The notes under the pieces are model-generated. The model was not told the DNA's origin, did not search any database, and worked only from the letters and a program-made list of their open reading frames with translations. A DNA stretch of 60,206 bases, filler included. It is 9 parts of 9 records of this genome, joined end to end, with 100 filler letters (N's around TTAATTAATTAA, not from the genome) between each part and the next. Parts side by side here need not be neighbours in the genome. Positions count along the whole stretch, not along the records: positions 7,518 to 13,621 come from SRR31147125_180118; positions 13,722 to 20,357 come from SRR31147125_181462; positions 20,458 to 25,827 come from SRR31147125_182257; 6 more parts are not named here. The stretch is one strand, 5' to 3'. The translations under genes and the position numbers were made by a program. Shown piece after piece: positions 9,827-20,553 of this stretch. Within the stretch, counting starts at the first letter, position 1. Each line of letters opens with the position of its first letter.

Positions 9827-10056
9827 AACGTGCCCGATAGGAAAACGACGGCTGGGGAAGGCCGCTTTGTGATGGGGAGGTCACGTACTGCCGACAGGAT
9901 CGGTAGGCATGCTCGCATCTTTCATTTCGCGCCGAAGCGGATTTGGAATCAGATGTCATGCGGCCTTCTAGCAAATGAGTGAGTTGTGCCTGCGAAAGTC
10001 ATTTCCGGCCGTTGCCTGATCGTCGGGCGGCCAGTAGCCGAGGGAGGTATCCGAGT

Positions 10057-11577
10057 GTGAGCGATCTGGTCTGCATGGCCGGCATAGACAAGCATTTTCC
10101 CGGCGTTCACGCGCTTAGGCAGGTTCATTTCGACCTCAAGAGCGGCGAAGTCCATGCGCTGATGGGCGAGAACGGTGCCGGCAAATCGACACTGATGAAG
10201 GTGCTGTCCGGGATCTACCAACCCGATGCCGGCACAATTGAGATAGATGGCCAGGCGGTCGAGGTTTCCGGTCCGCGCGCAGCCCAGCAGCTCGGCATCG
10301 GCATAATCCATCAGGAACTGTCCCTGATGAACGATCTCAATGTGGCGCAAAACATCATGATCGGCCGCGAGCCGCGCAAGCTGTTTGGGCGCATCGACGA
10401 GGCCGAACTCAACCGCCGCGCTGCCGCCAGCCTCGAAGCGATACACATGCCCATCGATCCGCGCACCCCGGTTGCCGGACTCAGCATCGCGCGCCAGCAG
10501 ATGATCGAGATCGCCAAGGCACTGTCCAACCGGACGCGCATTATGATCATGGACGAACCGACAGCGGCCCTGACCGATTCCGAAATCAACGAGCTATTTA
10601 GCATCATTCGCGGTCTGAGGGCCGAGGGCGTCGGCATCGTCTACATCTCGCACAAGCTCGACGAGCTCAAGCGCATCGCCGACCGGGTCACGGTCATGCG
10701 CGACGGGGAGTATGTCGGAACGGTCGACGCCGCCGAGACGCCCGTGCCGACGATCATATCGATGATGGTGGGGCGCGCGCTCACCGACGAGGCGGTCAAG
10801 GTGCCGGATCTGAAGTCCGCCGAGACCGCGCTCGAGGTGCGCAATCTGACGCGCGGTCGCGACATCAAAGACGTCAGCTTCACACTGAAACGCGGGGAAG
10901 TCCTCGGTTTCGCCGGCCTGATGGGTGCGGGGCGCACGGAAGTGGCACGCGCAATATTCGGTGCCGATCCGCGAGATGGCGGCGAACTGATTGTCAACGG
11001 CAAAGCCATGGACATCCGCTCGCCCAAGCAGGCGGTGCGGGCCGGCATCGGCTATCTGTCAGAGGATCGCAAACAATATGGGCTAGCGCTACCCATGGAC
11101 GTGCGCGCCAACGTCGGCATGGCGACGCTCGATCGCTATTCTGACAGGATCGGGCGGATCGACGAATCTGGATTGGCCGGCGCAGTGGCCAATTATATCA
11201 GGTCTCTCGTCATTCGTACGCCATCGGACCGTCAGGAAACGCAGTACCTGTCGGGCGGCAATCAGCAAAAGGTCGTCATGGCCAAATGGCTGTTGCGCGA
11301 TTGCGACATCCTGATTTTTGACGAGCCGACGCGCGGCATTGATGTCGGCGCCAAGGCTGAAATCTACCGGCTGCTGGCCAAGCTCGCCGAACAGGGCAAG
11401 GCGCTGATCGTCATCAGTTCAGAACTGCCCGAAGTCCTCAGGGTGTCCCACCGGATCGCGGTTATGTGCGAGGGCCGCCTGACCGGCATTCTGCCCGGTG
11501 GGGCCGAGACCACACAGGAACAGATCATGCATCTCGCAACGCAGCGCGACACGAGCTCGAAGGAACAGGCGGCATGA
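10057..11577 (+). CDS. Monosaccharide ABC transporter ATP-binding protein (RbsA/MglA type)
   Basis: GENGAGKST, second [31 protein letters not shown] start after GGGAGG. Confidence 0.95.
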   Translation: MSDLVCMAGIDKHFPGVHALRQVHFDLKSGEVHALMGENGAGKSTLMKVLSGIYQPDAGTIEIDGQAVEVSGPRAAQQLGIGIIHQELSLMNDLNVAQNIMIGREPRKLFGRIDEAELNRRAAASLEAIHMPIDPRTPVAGLSIARQQMIEIAKALSNRTRIMIMDEPTAALTDSEINELFSIIRGLRAEGVGIVYISHKLDELKRIADRVTVMRDGEYVGTVDAAETPVPTIISMMVGRALTDEAVKVPDLKSAETALEVRNLTRGRDIKDVSFTLKRGEVLGFAGLMGAGRTEVARAIFGADPRDGGELIVNGKAMDIRSPKQAVRAGIGYLSEDRKQYGLALPMDVRANVGMATLDRYSDRIGRIDESGLAGAVANYIRSLVIRTPSDRQETQYLSGGNQQKVVMAKWLLRDCDILIFDEPTRGIDVGAKAEIYRLLAKLAEQGKALIVISSELPEVLRVSHRIAVMCEGRLTGILPGGAETTQEQIMHLATQRDTSSKEQAA

Positions 11578-12596
11578 GCAACACAGCGGAAGACAAAAAG
11601 GAAGCAGGCACCGTTGCGGCAACCATGAGTGCGAGCGGCTTGAAGGCATCGGGCGCGCAAAAACTTCTGGCGTTCGCCAGCCTCATCGCACTGATGATTG
11701 TGTTCAGCTTCGCCTCACCTAACTTTATGCAGACTTCCAATATGATCGCCATCCTGCAGGCGACCAGCGTCAACGGCGTTCTCGCCATCGGCGCCACACT
11801 GGTGATTATCACCGGCGGCATCGACTTGTCGGTCGGAACGCTGATGACCTTTTGTGCCGTCGTCGCTGGCGTTGTGCTCACCTATTGGGGACTGCCGTTG
11901 CCGTTCGGCATTGTCGCGGCGATTGCTGCGGGCGCGCTGGTCGGGCTGACCTCGGGTACCCTCGTGGCAAAGATGAAGGTGCCACCCTTCATCGCCACGC
12001 TCGGCATGATGCTGATCATGAAGGGCCTCGCGCTGGTCATTTCGGGTACCAAGCCGATCTATTTCAACGACACACCATCCTTTTACCAGATCTCGACCGG
12101 CTCGCTGATCGGCACTTTCCTGCCGGCGCTGCCTATCCCGAACGGCGTTCTCATTCTTTTCCTCGTCGCCGGCGCGATTTCCTACGTGCTCGGCCGCACG
12201 CTTCTGGGGCGATACTGCTTCGCTCTCGGTTCGAACGAGGAGGCTGTGCGCCTGTCCGGTGTCAATGCCGATGCCTGGAAGATGGCGATCTACTCGCTGA
12301 CCGGCGCCATTTGCGGCATTGCCGGCCTGTTGATCGCATCGCGGCTCAATTCGGCCCAGCCGGCGCTCGGCCAGGGCTACGAGCTTGAGGCCATTGCCGC
12401 CGTCGTCATCGGCGGCACCTCGCTCTCGGGCGGGCGCGGCACGATTCTGGGCACCGTGATTGGCGCCCTGATTATGGCCGTTCTGCTAAACGGCCTACGC
12501 ATCCTTTCAGTCGCCCAGGAATGGCAAACCGTTCTTACCGGCTCCATCATCATCGTCGCGGTCTATGCCGACATGGTGCGGCGGCGGCGGCTGTAA
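11574..12596 (+). CDS. Monosaccharide ABC transporter permease (RbsC type)
   Basis: [50 protein letters not shown] overlap with the ATPase gene. Confidence 0.95.
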   Translation: MSNTAEDKKEAGTVAATMSASGLKASGAQKLLAFASLIALMIVFSFASPNFMQTSNMIAILQATSVNGVLAIGATLVIITGGIDLSVGTLMTFCAVVAGVVLTYWGLPLPFGIVAAIAAGALVGLTSGTLVAKMKVPPFIATLGMMLIMKGLALVISGTKPIYFNDTPSFYQISTGSLIGTFLPALPIPNGVLILFLVAGAISYVLGRTLLGRYCFALGSNEEAVRLSGVNADAWKMAIYSLTGAICGIAGLLIASRLNSAQPALGQGYELEAIAAVVIGGTSLSGGRGTILGTVIGALIMAVLLNGLRILSVAQEWQTVLTGSIIIVAVYADMVRRRRL

Positions 12597-12662
12597 ACCG
12601 GCCTCTGGCCCAAGACAAAGAGGACGCTCCACGTCCCACAACAACCCACTAGGTGGACAACA

Positions 12663-13621
12663 ATGGAGGATTTCATGTTCACAAGACGCGCACTTGTCGG
12701 CCTTGTCGGCGCCGCCGCCATGCTGGCTTCGGTCAGCTTCGCTCACGCACAGGACAAGCTCTACATTCCGCTCATCTCGAAGGGCTTTCAGCACCAGTTC
12801 TGGCAGGCCGTGAAGGCCGGCGCGGACAAGGCCGCTGCCGAACTCGACGTCGAGGTCACATTTGAGGGTCCGGATACCGAGGCGCAAGTCGACAAGCAGA
12901 TCGACATGCTTGCCGCCGCGTTGGCGAAGCACCCGGACGCCATCGGCTTTGCCGCTCTCGACAGCCAGGCCGCCATTCCGCTTCTTCGTCAGGCCGACGA
13001 AGCCGGCCTTCCCGTGGTGGCGTTCGACTCCGGCGTCGATAGCGATATTCCGCTCGCCACGGCATCGACCGACAATCTTGCCGCCGCCGCTCTCGCCGCC
13101 GACAAGATGGCAGAGATGATTGGCGGCGCCGGAAAGGTTGCTCTGGTTGTTCACGACCAGACATCCCGCACCGGCATCGACCGCCGCGACGGTTTCGTCA
13201 ATCGCGTCACGGAAGCCTACCCCGACATCGAAATCGTCTCCATCCAGTACGGCGCGGGCGACCAGCTGCAGTCGACCGAAATCACCAAGTCCATTCTGCA
13301 GGCCAATCCGGACCTCAAGGGCATCTTCGGCGCCAATGAAGGTTCGGCGATCGGCGTGGTCAATGGCGTCCGCGAATCCGGTCGCGACGACGTTGTCGTC
13401 ATCGGCTACGATTCCGGTGCTGCCCAGAAGCAGGCAATCCGCGAAGGCCTGATGGCCGGCGCCATCACCCAGAACCCGATCGGTATCGGCTACGAGACCG
13501 TCAAGGCCGCCGTCATGGCGATCAATGGCGAGGCCGTGCCTACGAACATCGATACCGGTTTCTACTACTACGATCAGACGAACATCGACGATCCGGAAAT
13601 CGCCGCGGTTCTTTACGATTA
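12663..13621 (+). CDS. Sugar ABC transporter substrate-binding protein, likely L-fucose by context
   Basis: Signal peptide, YIPLISKGFQHQFWQAVKAGA, ends ...IAAVLYD then TA at the contig end; next to fucK/fucA. Confidence 0.9.
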
Positions 13622-13721
13622 NNNNNNNNNNNNNNNNNNNNNNNNNNNNNNNNNNNNNNNNNNNNTTAATTAATTAANNNNNNNNNNNNNNNNNNNNNNN
13701 NNNNNNNNNNNNNNNNNNNNN
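13622..13721. other. Artificial contig spacer
   Basis: N-run with central TTAATTAATTAA. Confidence 0.99.
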
Positions 13722-13883
13722 CCCACAGGGGTAGACCTGAATGAGATAAGGGATCATATAGATAAATTTTATTTTTCCCAGGCCATGAAAATGGCAAAGG
13801 GAAATGAAACCCGGGCTGCGAAATTATTGAATTTAAAACATCACACCTTTAGATACCAGTATAAGAAGATAATGGAAAAGTAA
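13722..13883 (+). CDS. C-terminal Fis-type HTH of a sigma-54-dependent regulator (5' partial)
   Basis: PTGVDLNEIRDHIDKFYFSQAMKMAKGNETRAAKLLNLKHHTFRYQYKKIMEK*. Confidence 0.75.
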   Translation, partial: PTGVDLNEIRDHIDKFYFSQAMKMAKGNETRAAKLLNLKHHTFRYQYKKIMEK

Positions 13884-13962
13884 GTTTTGCCGAAAGGATA
13901 ATGGGGCGCGGCGCCTGACCGGCCCCTGGGGTATCCATCAACACCTTGAATGTCCTGGAGGT

Positions 13963-14991
13963 TTATTTTATCCTCAATACCTTTGCGCCCCGGATTTTTC
14001 CGGTCTTTAATTCCACCAGGGCCTCATTGGCCTCTTCCAGCTTAAATACCTGGTATTCCGGCCGGATATTTATCCGGTCCGCAAGGCTTAAAAAGTCCGT
14101 GACATCCCTTCGGGTCACATTGGCCACACTTTTGATCTCTTTTTCCATCCATAGATGGGCAGGGTAATCCAGTTTCAGCAGCCAGTCCTTGTCCCCAGCT
14201 TCCTTGCGGATGGCATTGATGACCAGCCTGCCCCCCGGGCGCAGATGGTTTAAAGCCGCCACCACCGGCTTCCACACCGGTGTGGTGTCAATGACGGCAT
14301 CCAGGGAATCAGGGGGCGTCTGGGAAATATCCCCGGCCCAGGCCGCACCCAGTTGTCTGGCAAATTCCCGCTCTTTTGGGCTTCTGGCAAAGACCATGAC
14401 CCTGGCAGAGGGATAAAGATGATTGACCATCTTTAAAACCAGGTGGCCGGAAGCGCCGAACCCGGTAAGGCCGAGAACTTGTCCCTCCACCATACCGGTG
14501 AGGTGCAGGGATCTGTATCCGATGGCGCCGGCACAGAGCAACGGGGCGACTTCAAAATCACTGAATCTTTCGGGTATGGGAATGGCGAATTTTTCCGGCA
14601 CTGTCATATACTGGGCATATCCCCCATTGGCGTCCCTGCCCGTGGCTTTAAAATGGGGGCAGAGATTTTCAAGCCCCTGACGGCAGAACCGGCACCTGCC
14701 GCAGGCGGAAAAAATCCATGCAATGCCGACCCGGTCATCGGGCTGAAACCTTCGGGCCTTGGCACCTCTGTCTTCCACCCGTCCGACGACCTGATGCCCG
14801 GGGACCACAGGGAGGCGGGGCGGTGGGGTCCGACCCTCAATTTCGTCCAGTTCCGTATGACAGACACCGCAGGCAGACACCTTAACCAGGATTTCCTCCG
14901 GTGACGGGACCGGCACAGGCATGTCGGTCCCTTCAAGGGGGGAGGGGTCCTCTTTGAGCAGGCAGATCCGGTTTAATGCCATTGCTTTCAT
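13963..14991 (-). CDS. Zinc-dependent alcohol dehydrogenase (AdhP/CAD-like)
   Basis: CGVCHTELD, GHQVVG, CGRCRFC...C structural Zn site, PLLCAGAIGY, GFGASG. Confidence 0.93.
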   Translation of the reverse strand: MKAMALNRICLLKEDPSPLEGTDMPVPVPSPEEILVKVSACGVCHTELDEIEGRTPPPRLPVVPGHQVVGRVEDRGAKARRFQPDDRVGIAWIFSACGRCRFCRQGLENLCPHFKATGRDANGGYAQYMTVPEKFAIPIPERFSDFEVAPLLCAGAIGYRSLHLTGMVEGQVLGLTGFGASGHLVLKMVNHLYPSARVMVFARSPKEREFARQLGAAWAGDISQTPPDSLDAVIDTTPVWKPVVAALNHLRPGGRLVINAIRKEAGDKDWLLKLDYPAHLWMEKEIKSVANVTRRDVTDFLSLADRINIRPEYQVFKLEEANEALVELKTGKIRGAKVLRIK

Positions 14992-15010
14992 ATTCGGTTC
15001 CTCTTTTTGT

Positions 15011-16466
15011 TTACACGCCGATAATCCGTTTCATGGGGATGCCGTCCCCGGCATTGCCCCTGATGAGGGCAAATGATTTCACCCCCGGGGTCTTATGGAT
15101 ATACTCCGGGGAAAGATAGGTGTTTTTCATCTGGAGTTCCATAAAGACTTCTCCCGGGCGCCGGCATCCCCTGGCGATGCTGATTCCGTCGGCAAGGGAA
15201 AAGACGTCTTCAAGCTGGTCGATTTTCACCAGATGGTCCACATGATAGAAAATTTCAGGATAGGAATTGAAAACATCCCTGATCCATGGGGTGTTTGAAA
15301 ATTTTTCTGCATAAACGGACTTGATATTCATGGCATGGGCCAGGGTTTCAATAAAGGCCAGGGTTTCAGCAAAGACCTGCTGCCGGGTTCCCGTGTCCGG
15401 ATTCCCGGCCTTTAAAGGCTTCTCCTCCCGGAACCCCATGGTGGTTTCAATGGCGTCAATGGCCAGGACCATTATATCCGATTTAATGCTGGCGGACAGG
15501 TCTCCATTGGGCCACCCCAGGTTCCCTGTGACATAGAGGGGCACCAGGTGAACCTTCATCACAAATTCGCCTTCCACAAAAACCTTGAGGATCTGGTAAT
15601 TTTTATCCAGAATCCATGAAAACACGGTCCAGAAAATATTTTCGATGCTCCGGTCGGCCTGGAAATTGCGTTTGTCAGCTGTGCAGTCCCCGGTCCGCTT
15701 GCCCAGATCCAGGTAGGAATAATCCCGGGAGGCATACTCAAATTCAATCCCTTTGCCGGTAACTGCTGACAATGCCTGGGCCCCCTGAAGGGAATGAAAT
15801 CGATTGAACTGGAGCAATTGTCCTGCAATTTCATCGGCAAAACAGGCGACGGCATCCCCCCGGCAGGGCGGAACCATCATCTGAATAGCGGATCATCTCC
15901 TGCACAGCTGCATGACAATACAATGAGGTCAGCACCTTATTCATGGATGCCGCCTTTTCCGGATCCCCGGATTTAATTTTTTTGGTCAGTATTTCAATGG
16001 ATTTGGTCAGCAGCCGGTCAGGGGCGATTGAATTGAGAATATCCTTTCGGATAAAACGGCTCTCCTCCAGCATCTGTTTGATATCAAGGCCGGCGTAATA
16101 GAGAAGGCAGGCCCTGTTTGACCACAAAATCTGTTGAACGCCTACAAAAGGATTTATATTAAAAAAAGGGGCGGTATTGATGCCGAACTCCTCATCCATA
16201 TCCCTGTGCCATCCCTCATAAAATCGATATACCTCCCCCTTTAAATTGTTTTGCTTATCCGAAAGCAAATCCCGTATTAAACATCCGGTTTCAAGATTAA
16301 GGGTTTTATTGTCCATTCTGTTTTTCTTAGCAGAGACAAATCCATATTTACTCGGCAACTGGCCATAGATCTGTTTGGCCTTGTTGAGGGAAATGTCAAG
16401 GGGGCCGTCTTTCCCGCTGAAACCTGTAATCACGGGATTGTATTCACGAATCCGGTTGTCGGGCAT
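15011..16466 (-). CDS. Hypothetical protein, ~485 aa if the frameshift at the C6 run 15856-15861 is repaired
   Basis: Two overlapping ORFs (15831-16466 and 15011-15880); removing one G joins ...SALPG to DAVACFADEIAGQ.... Confidence 0.65.
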
Positions 16467-16573
16467 CTTTTTCCTTTTGACCGTATAGTATTTACCTACA
16501 CTTTAATCCTAAGTCTAAATGGGTTTATTTGTCCATAGTTCAATGGCAAGGGCTGAGTTTTTAACGCATATGC

Positions 16574-16603
16574 TTGACAAAAAAACTGGCTTTGCCCTAT
16601 AGT
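16574..16603 (+). promoter_or_regulatory. Sigma-70-like promoter
   Basis: TTGACA-N18-TATAGT about 300 bp upstream of the calpain-like gene. Confidence 0.55.
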
Positions 16604-16910
16604 AAGTTTTAATCGGCATTCCGGATAGTTCAGACCCTTGATCGATTCTAATTTCATTTTTCTTGAAAACGGCAATTTCCAAAGAGAAGCATTCTTAAAA
16701 GAGATTTCGGCATCTTTTCACTTTTTTGATAATCAATATCGGAATACTTTTCAATTTTCGTTTTCCATGTTTCCGGTCTCATCTGTGCGGCATTGATAAT
16801 TCGCCTGTATCCCGGCTGTCCAAATGCCGTGGCTCAGGCACGTACAAAGGTTGACGGCAGCCTTTGGCAAACGTGTCTTTTTCCAACGCACCAACCCAAG
16901 GAGAGAAGTC

Positions 16911-18275
16911 ATGAAAGAAGTCGCATTGCAGGAAGGTCATATTCCGGAAAATATAGGCGTTGCCAGTCCCTATGCACTGGCCGACCTTGTATCAGGAAAG
17001 AATATCCCCTGGCAAAAAATTGAAGATCGCAAGACGGTGTTGTCCGAGGTCATTGAAAGTCCCTATGAGGAATTGTTTGATCCCTCATATCAGTCGCCGC
17101 TCTATTGCGGGCTTGAACTGGACGATGACATGACCATCCAGAAAGTTGAACCCCGGCCCAGTGAACTTGATATCCGGGTGCATACGGATGAGGATGAAAT
17201 CGTCGATCCATTTCAACAGGACCCCGACCTTTCAAAATTAAATACCCTGGCAGACCTGGAAACCTATATAAAAAGCCGGCCCCTTGAGGATGTTCAAATC
17301 CTCAATTCGGATATCGTGAATCCGGGCACCCTCAGGCTGGAGATTAAGCTGACCGATATCCCTTCCCACCAGATGACGTTTCCGGCTGCGGCCATGGAGA
17401 TTCGTAACCTGGTTTCCGCCCCTGGGGTGGGAGACTGGAATCCCCCCGGGGTTGACTGGCACGACCCGGGCACTTTTTTCAAGGAAGGGACAGAATTTTT
17501 TGACCCGGTTCAGGGTGCAGTCGGGGACTGCTACCTGATCGCCGCCCTGGCATCTGTGGCCTGGGCCGATCCCTACACCATCGCTCAGCGGGGGCGGGTC
17601 ATCGGCAGAAACCAGCAGGACTTTGTAAACATGGTTCAATTTTACCCATCCCCCGGATCCGCGCCTGAAAGGCTGGAAGTGTCCGAAAAGATGCCGTTGC
17701 GGTCCGGAACATACGGATTTATCTATTGCCGTTCCAGTGAAAGCGGGGAAATATGGCCTGCGGTATATGAAAAAGCCTATGCCAAATGGAAAACAGGGGA
17801 CGGATCCGACCGGCCCAATATCACCAGAATTGCCGGAGGCGATCCTGTCAGGGCGGTCTCGGAGCTGACCGGGAAGCCGCGGTATTATTACGCCACCCGG
17901 AACCGCTCTGCAAACAACCTGTGGGGGCTTGTGAGGGGCAACAGCCGGTCTTACAAAACATTCAACCCCATGGTGGCCTGGACCTATTCCAGCGGCAGCG
18001 TATCCCCGGATAATGTAAGGTATTCAGATGCCAACCTGGTGGCCAACCATGCGTATTCCATTCTCGGATGGGCATATCGCAGCGGCCAGAGGTATATTGT
18101 CCTGCGCAATCCCTGGGGCCGCACCGAGGCCAGCATTGATACGATGTCAGGCTATTGGAGCGCATACGACATCAGCTGGTGGCGTCCCATTCGGCTGACA
18201 AGCCCTGATGGGGTGTTTGCGCTGAAGGCATCCACGTTTAAACGGTATTTTTCCGGGATGGGTGTTGCCAAATAA
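16911..18275 (+). CDS. Calpain-like (peptidase C2) cysteine protease
   Basis: QGAVGDCYLIAALAS (Cys), WPAVYEKAYAKW, NHAYSILG (His), LRNPWG (Asn); AAGGAG RBS before ATG 16911; no signal peptide evident. Confidence 0.9.
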   Translation: MKEVALQEGHIPENIGVASPYALADLVSGKNIPWQKIEDRKTVLSEVIESPYEELFDPSYQSPLYCGLELDDDMTIQKVEPRPSELDIRVHTDEDEIVDPFQQDPDLSKLNTLADLETYIKSRPLEDVQILNSDIVNPGTLRLEIKLTDIPSHQMTFPAAAMEIRNLVSAPGVGDWNPPGVDWHDPGTFFKEGTEFFDPVQGAVGDCYLIAALASVAWADPYTIAQRGRVIGRNQQDFVNMVQFYPSPGSAPERLEVSEKMPLRSGTYGFIYCRSSESGEIWPAVYEKAYAKWKTGDGSDRPNITRIAGGDPVRAVSELTGKPRYYYATRNRSANNLWGLVRGNSRSYKTFNPMVAWTYSSGSVSPDNVRYSDANLVANHAYSILGWAYRSGQRYIVLRNPWGRTEASIDTMSGYWSAYDISWWRPIRLTSPDGVFALKASTFKRYFSGMGVAK

Positions 18276-18351
18276 AATGGATCATTTGAGCAAATCTTTT
18301 CCCTGATGAGAAAAAAATAGAGCAGATCCACGTTCTGGAGCCGGTTTGACC

Positions 18352-18393
18352 GGGATTGATCAAATCATCACCTTTGACGATTTGATCAATCCC
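18352..18393. terminator. Strong hairpin between convergent genes
   Basis: GGGATTGATCAAATC...GATTTGATCAATCCC, 15-bp perfect arms. Confidence 0.75.
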
Positions 18394-18418
18394 TTTATCG
18401 CGGATCCTGGCGGAAACG

Positions 18419-20357
18419 CTATTCTTTTAGTATGATTCTGGCGTCCACCACATCCAGACCATCCTCATAGAGCATCACCGGATTGAGGTCCATTTCCTCG
18501 ATCTCCGGATAGGATTCAATGAGCTCCGAACAGATGGAGATCAGTTTTCTCAAGGTTTTTTTATCATATCCCTTATGTCCCCTGACCCCGTCCAGAATCA
18601 CCGAGGACCGGGTATCATCCAGCATCCGCTTGGCTGATGTGGGAGAGACCGGCAGCACCCAGAAGGTGACATCCTTCATGATTTCCACCATCACCCCGCC
18701 CAGACCGTACATGATCACAGGACCGAACTGTTCGTCAATTTTGGTACCGATGATGATTTCCAGGCCTTTCTGGGCCATGGGCGCCACAAGGACCCCGCGA
18801 ATTTTTGCGTCCTTATTATAGGCCAGGGCATTTTTCATGATCCGGTTAAACCCGTCCCTGACGTCAGTTTCCGTTTCAAGGTCCAAAAGCACCCCATTGG
18901 CATCGCTCTTATGGAGGATATCCCGGGAGACAATCTTGAGCACAACATTGCCTTCAATCTTTTGGGCCGCCTCCCAGGCCTCATCTTCGGTTTTAGCCAC
19001 AGTGCCCACAGAAGCCGGTGCCCCGTGGAGCCGGATGAGTTCCTTGGCCTCGTGCTCCAGCAGGACCCTGCGCCCCCTTTGTTTGGCGTTTTCAATGATC
19101 TGGACCCCTTCTTTTTTGGCCTTGGCCCCCCAGTTGAAAACAAAATTGGTTTTGGCGTGGTAGGATTTCAGGTATTGGCCGTATTCACAAAGGGAGGCCA
19201 CACATTTACACGCGACATCCAGGGAGTCATGGATGGGGATGTCATAATGGCGGAGCAGGTCCAGGGCGTGGGAATCGTGGGAGCTGTACAGGGAATGGAC
19301 AAAGATCGGCTTTTTGTATTTTTTGACCTGGGCCCCGAACCTGTGGGCGGCCTGTTCCTCACCAATGGCCAGGCTTTCTTCAAACCTGATCCCGTATCCC
19401 CCGAAAAGGCCGACCACCAGCACCCCGCCCACCTTGGGATCCTTTAAAAGAATCTTGGCGCAATCAGCAAAAAGGCTGGGATCGGAATCTGTGCCCCCGG
19501 CCACATCCACGGGGTTTACCACGGATGCGGCGTCCGGAAGGATTTTTCTCAATTGTTCCTTTGTTTTTTCGGAAAGCTCGGGCAGCTGGATCCCGTAGTC
19601 GGTTAAAAGATCCGCTGCAATGGTGGCATGGCCCCCGCCGTCGGCCAGGACAGCAATGGCGTTATTCTTGATGGGGGGCTGGCTGGAAAGGGTTTCGGCC
19701 ACAGGAAATAGTTCATCTGAATTTTCAATAACAATGATGCCGGAACGTTTATAGGCCTTTTTGGCCACTTCGCTCATCCCGGCCAGGGAACCGGTATGGG
19801 AGCCTGCAGATTTCTTCCCCGTGGCAGAGCGGCCGCTTTTCAGCAGAACAATGGGTTTTTCCAGGCTGGTATTATAGGCCTCCTGGAGGAATTTTCGGCC
19901 CTCACTCATCCCTTCCACATACATGAGAATGGATTTGGTATCCGGATCCTTCCTGAAAAATTCAAGGTATTCATGGAACTTGATATCGGCCTCGTTACCC
20001 ACACCCACATAATAGGTAAAGCCTTCGTGTTTCCTCACCGTGGCTTCGGTGATGATGGTCAGGGCCATGTTACCGCTCTGGCAGAGAAGGGCGATATTCC
20101 CCTTTGGCGCATTTTGAATGCCCACAAGGTTCATGCTGCTCTTAAGGTTCATCATCCCGGAGGTATTGGGCCCGATAAGGCGGACACCGGTTTCCTTGGC
20201 GGTACGGACCACTTCGGCTTCCAGTTCACGCCCCTTTTCACCCAGTTCCCTGAAGCCGCCTGCAATGATGACCGCGCCGGCCACTTTCTTTTTGCCGCAT
20301 TGGCGCAGGATGCCCGGAATGGTCCGGGCAGGGGTGGTGATCAGGGCCATATCCACC
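18419..20357 (-). CDS. ADP-forming acyl/acetate-CoA ligase, fused alpha-beta (5' partial)
   Basis: GGFRE, IGPNTSG, QSGN, SHTGSLAG, NPVDV, HKSDANGV, FGPVIMYGLGG, DLNPV. Confidence 0.92.
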
Positions 20358-20457
20358 NNNNNNNNNNNNNNNNNNNNNNNNNNNNNNNNNNNNNNNNNNN
20401 NTTAATTAATTAANNNNNNNNNNNNNNNNNNNNNNNNNNNNNNNNNNNNNNNNNNNN
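20358..20457. other. Artificial contig spacer
   Basis: N-run with central TTAATTAATTAA. Confidence 0.99.
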
Positions 20458-20492
20458 AAAAAGTAAGGGGCAATTCACTTGAATTGCCCCTT
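20458..20492 (-). terminator. Intrinsic terminator after the beta-helix gene
   Basis: AAGGGGCAATTCA-CT-TGAATTGCCCCTT with a T-run on the minus strand. Confidence 0.8.
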
Positions 20493-20553
20493 GTCGATTG
20501 CATACTGTTTCATGATTTATCACGGCAACCGAAACTACCGTATTATACATCAA

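Noticed and set aside
1-13621. Coupled fucose synthesis (gmd) and fucose catabolism (fucAK)
   Set aside because: They are on different contigs with very different GC; the adjacency is artificial.
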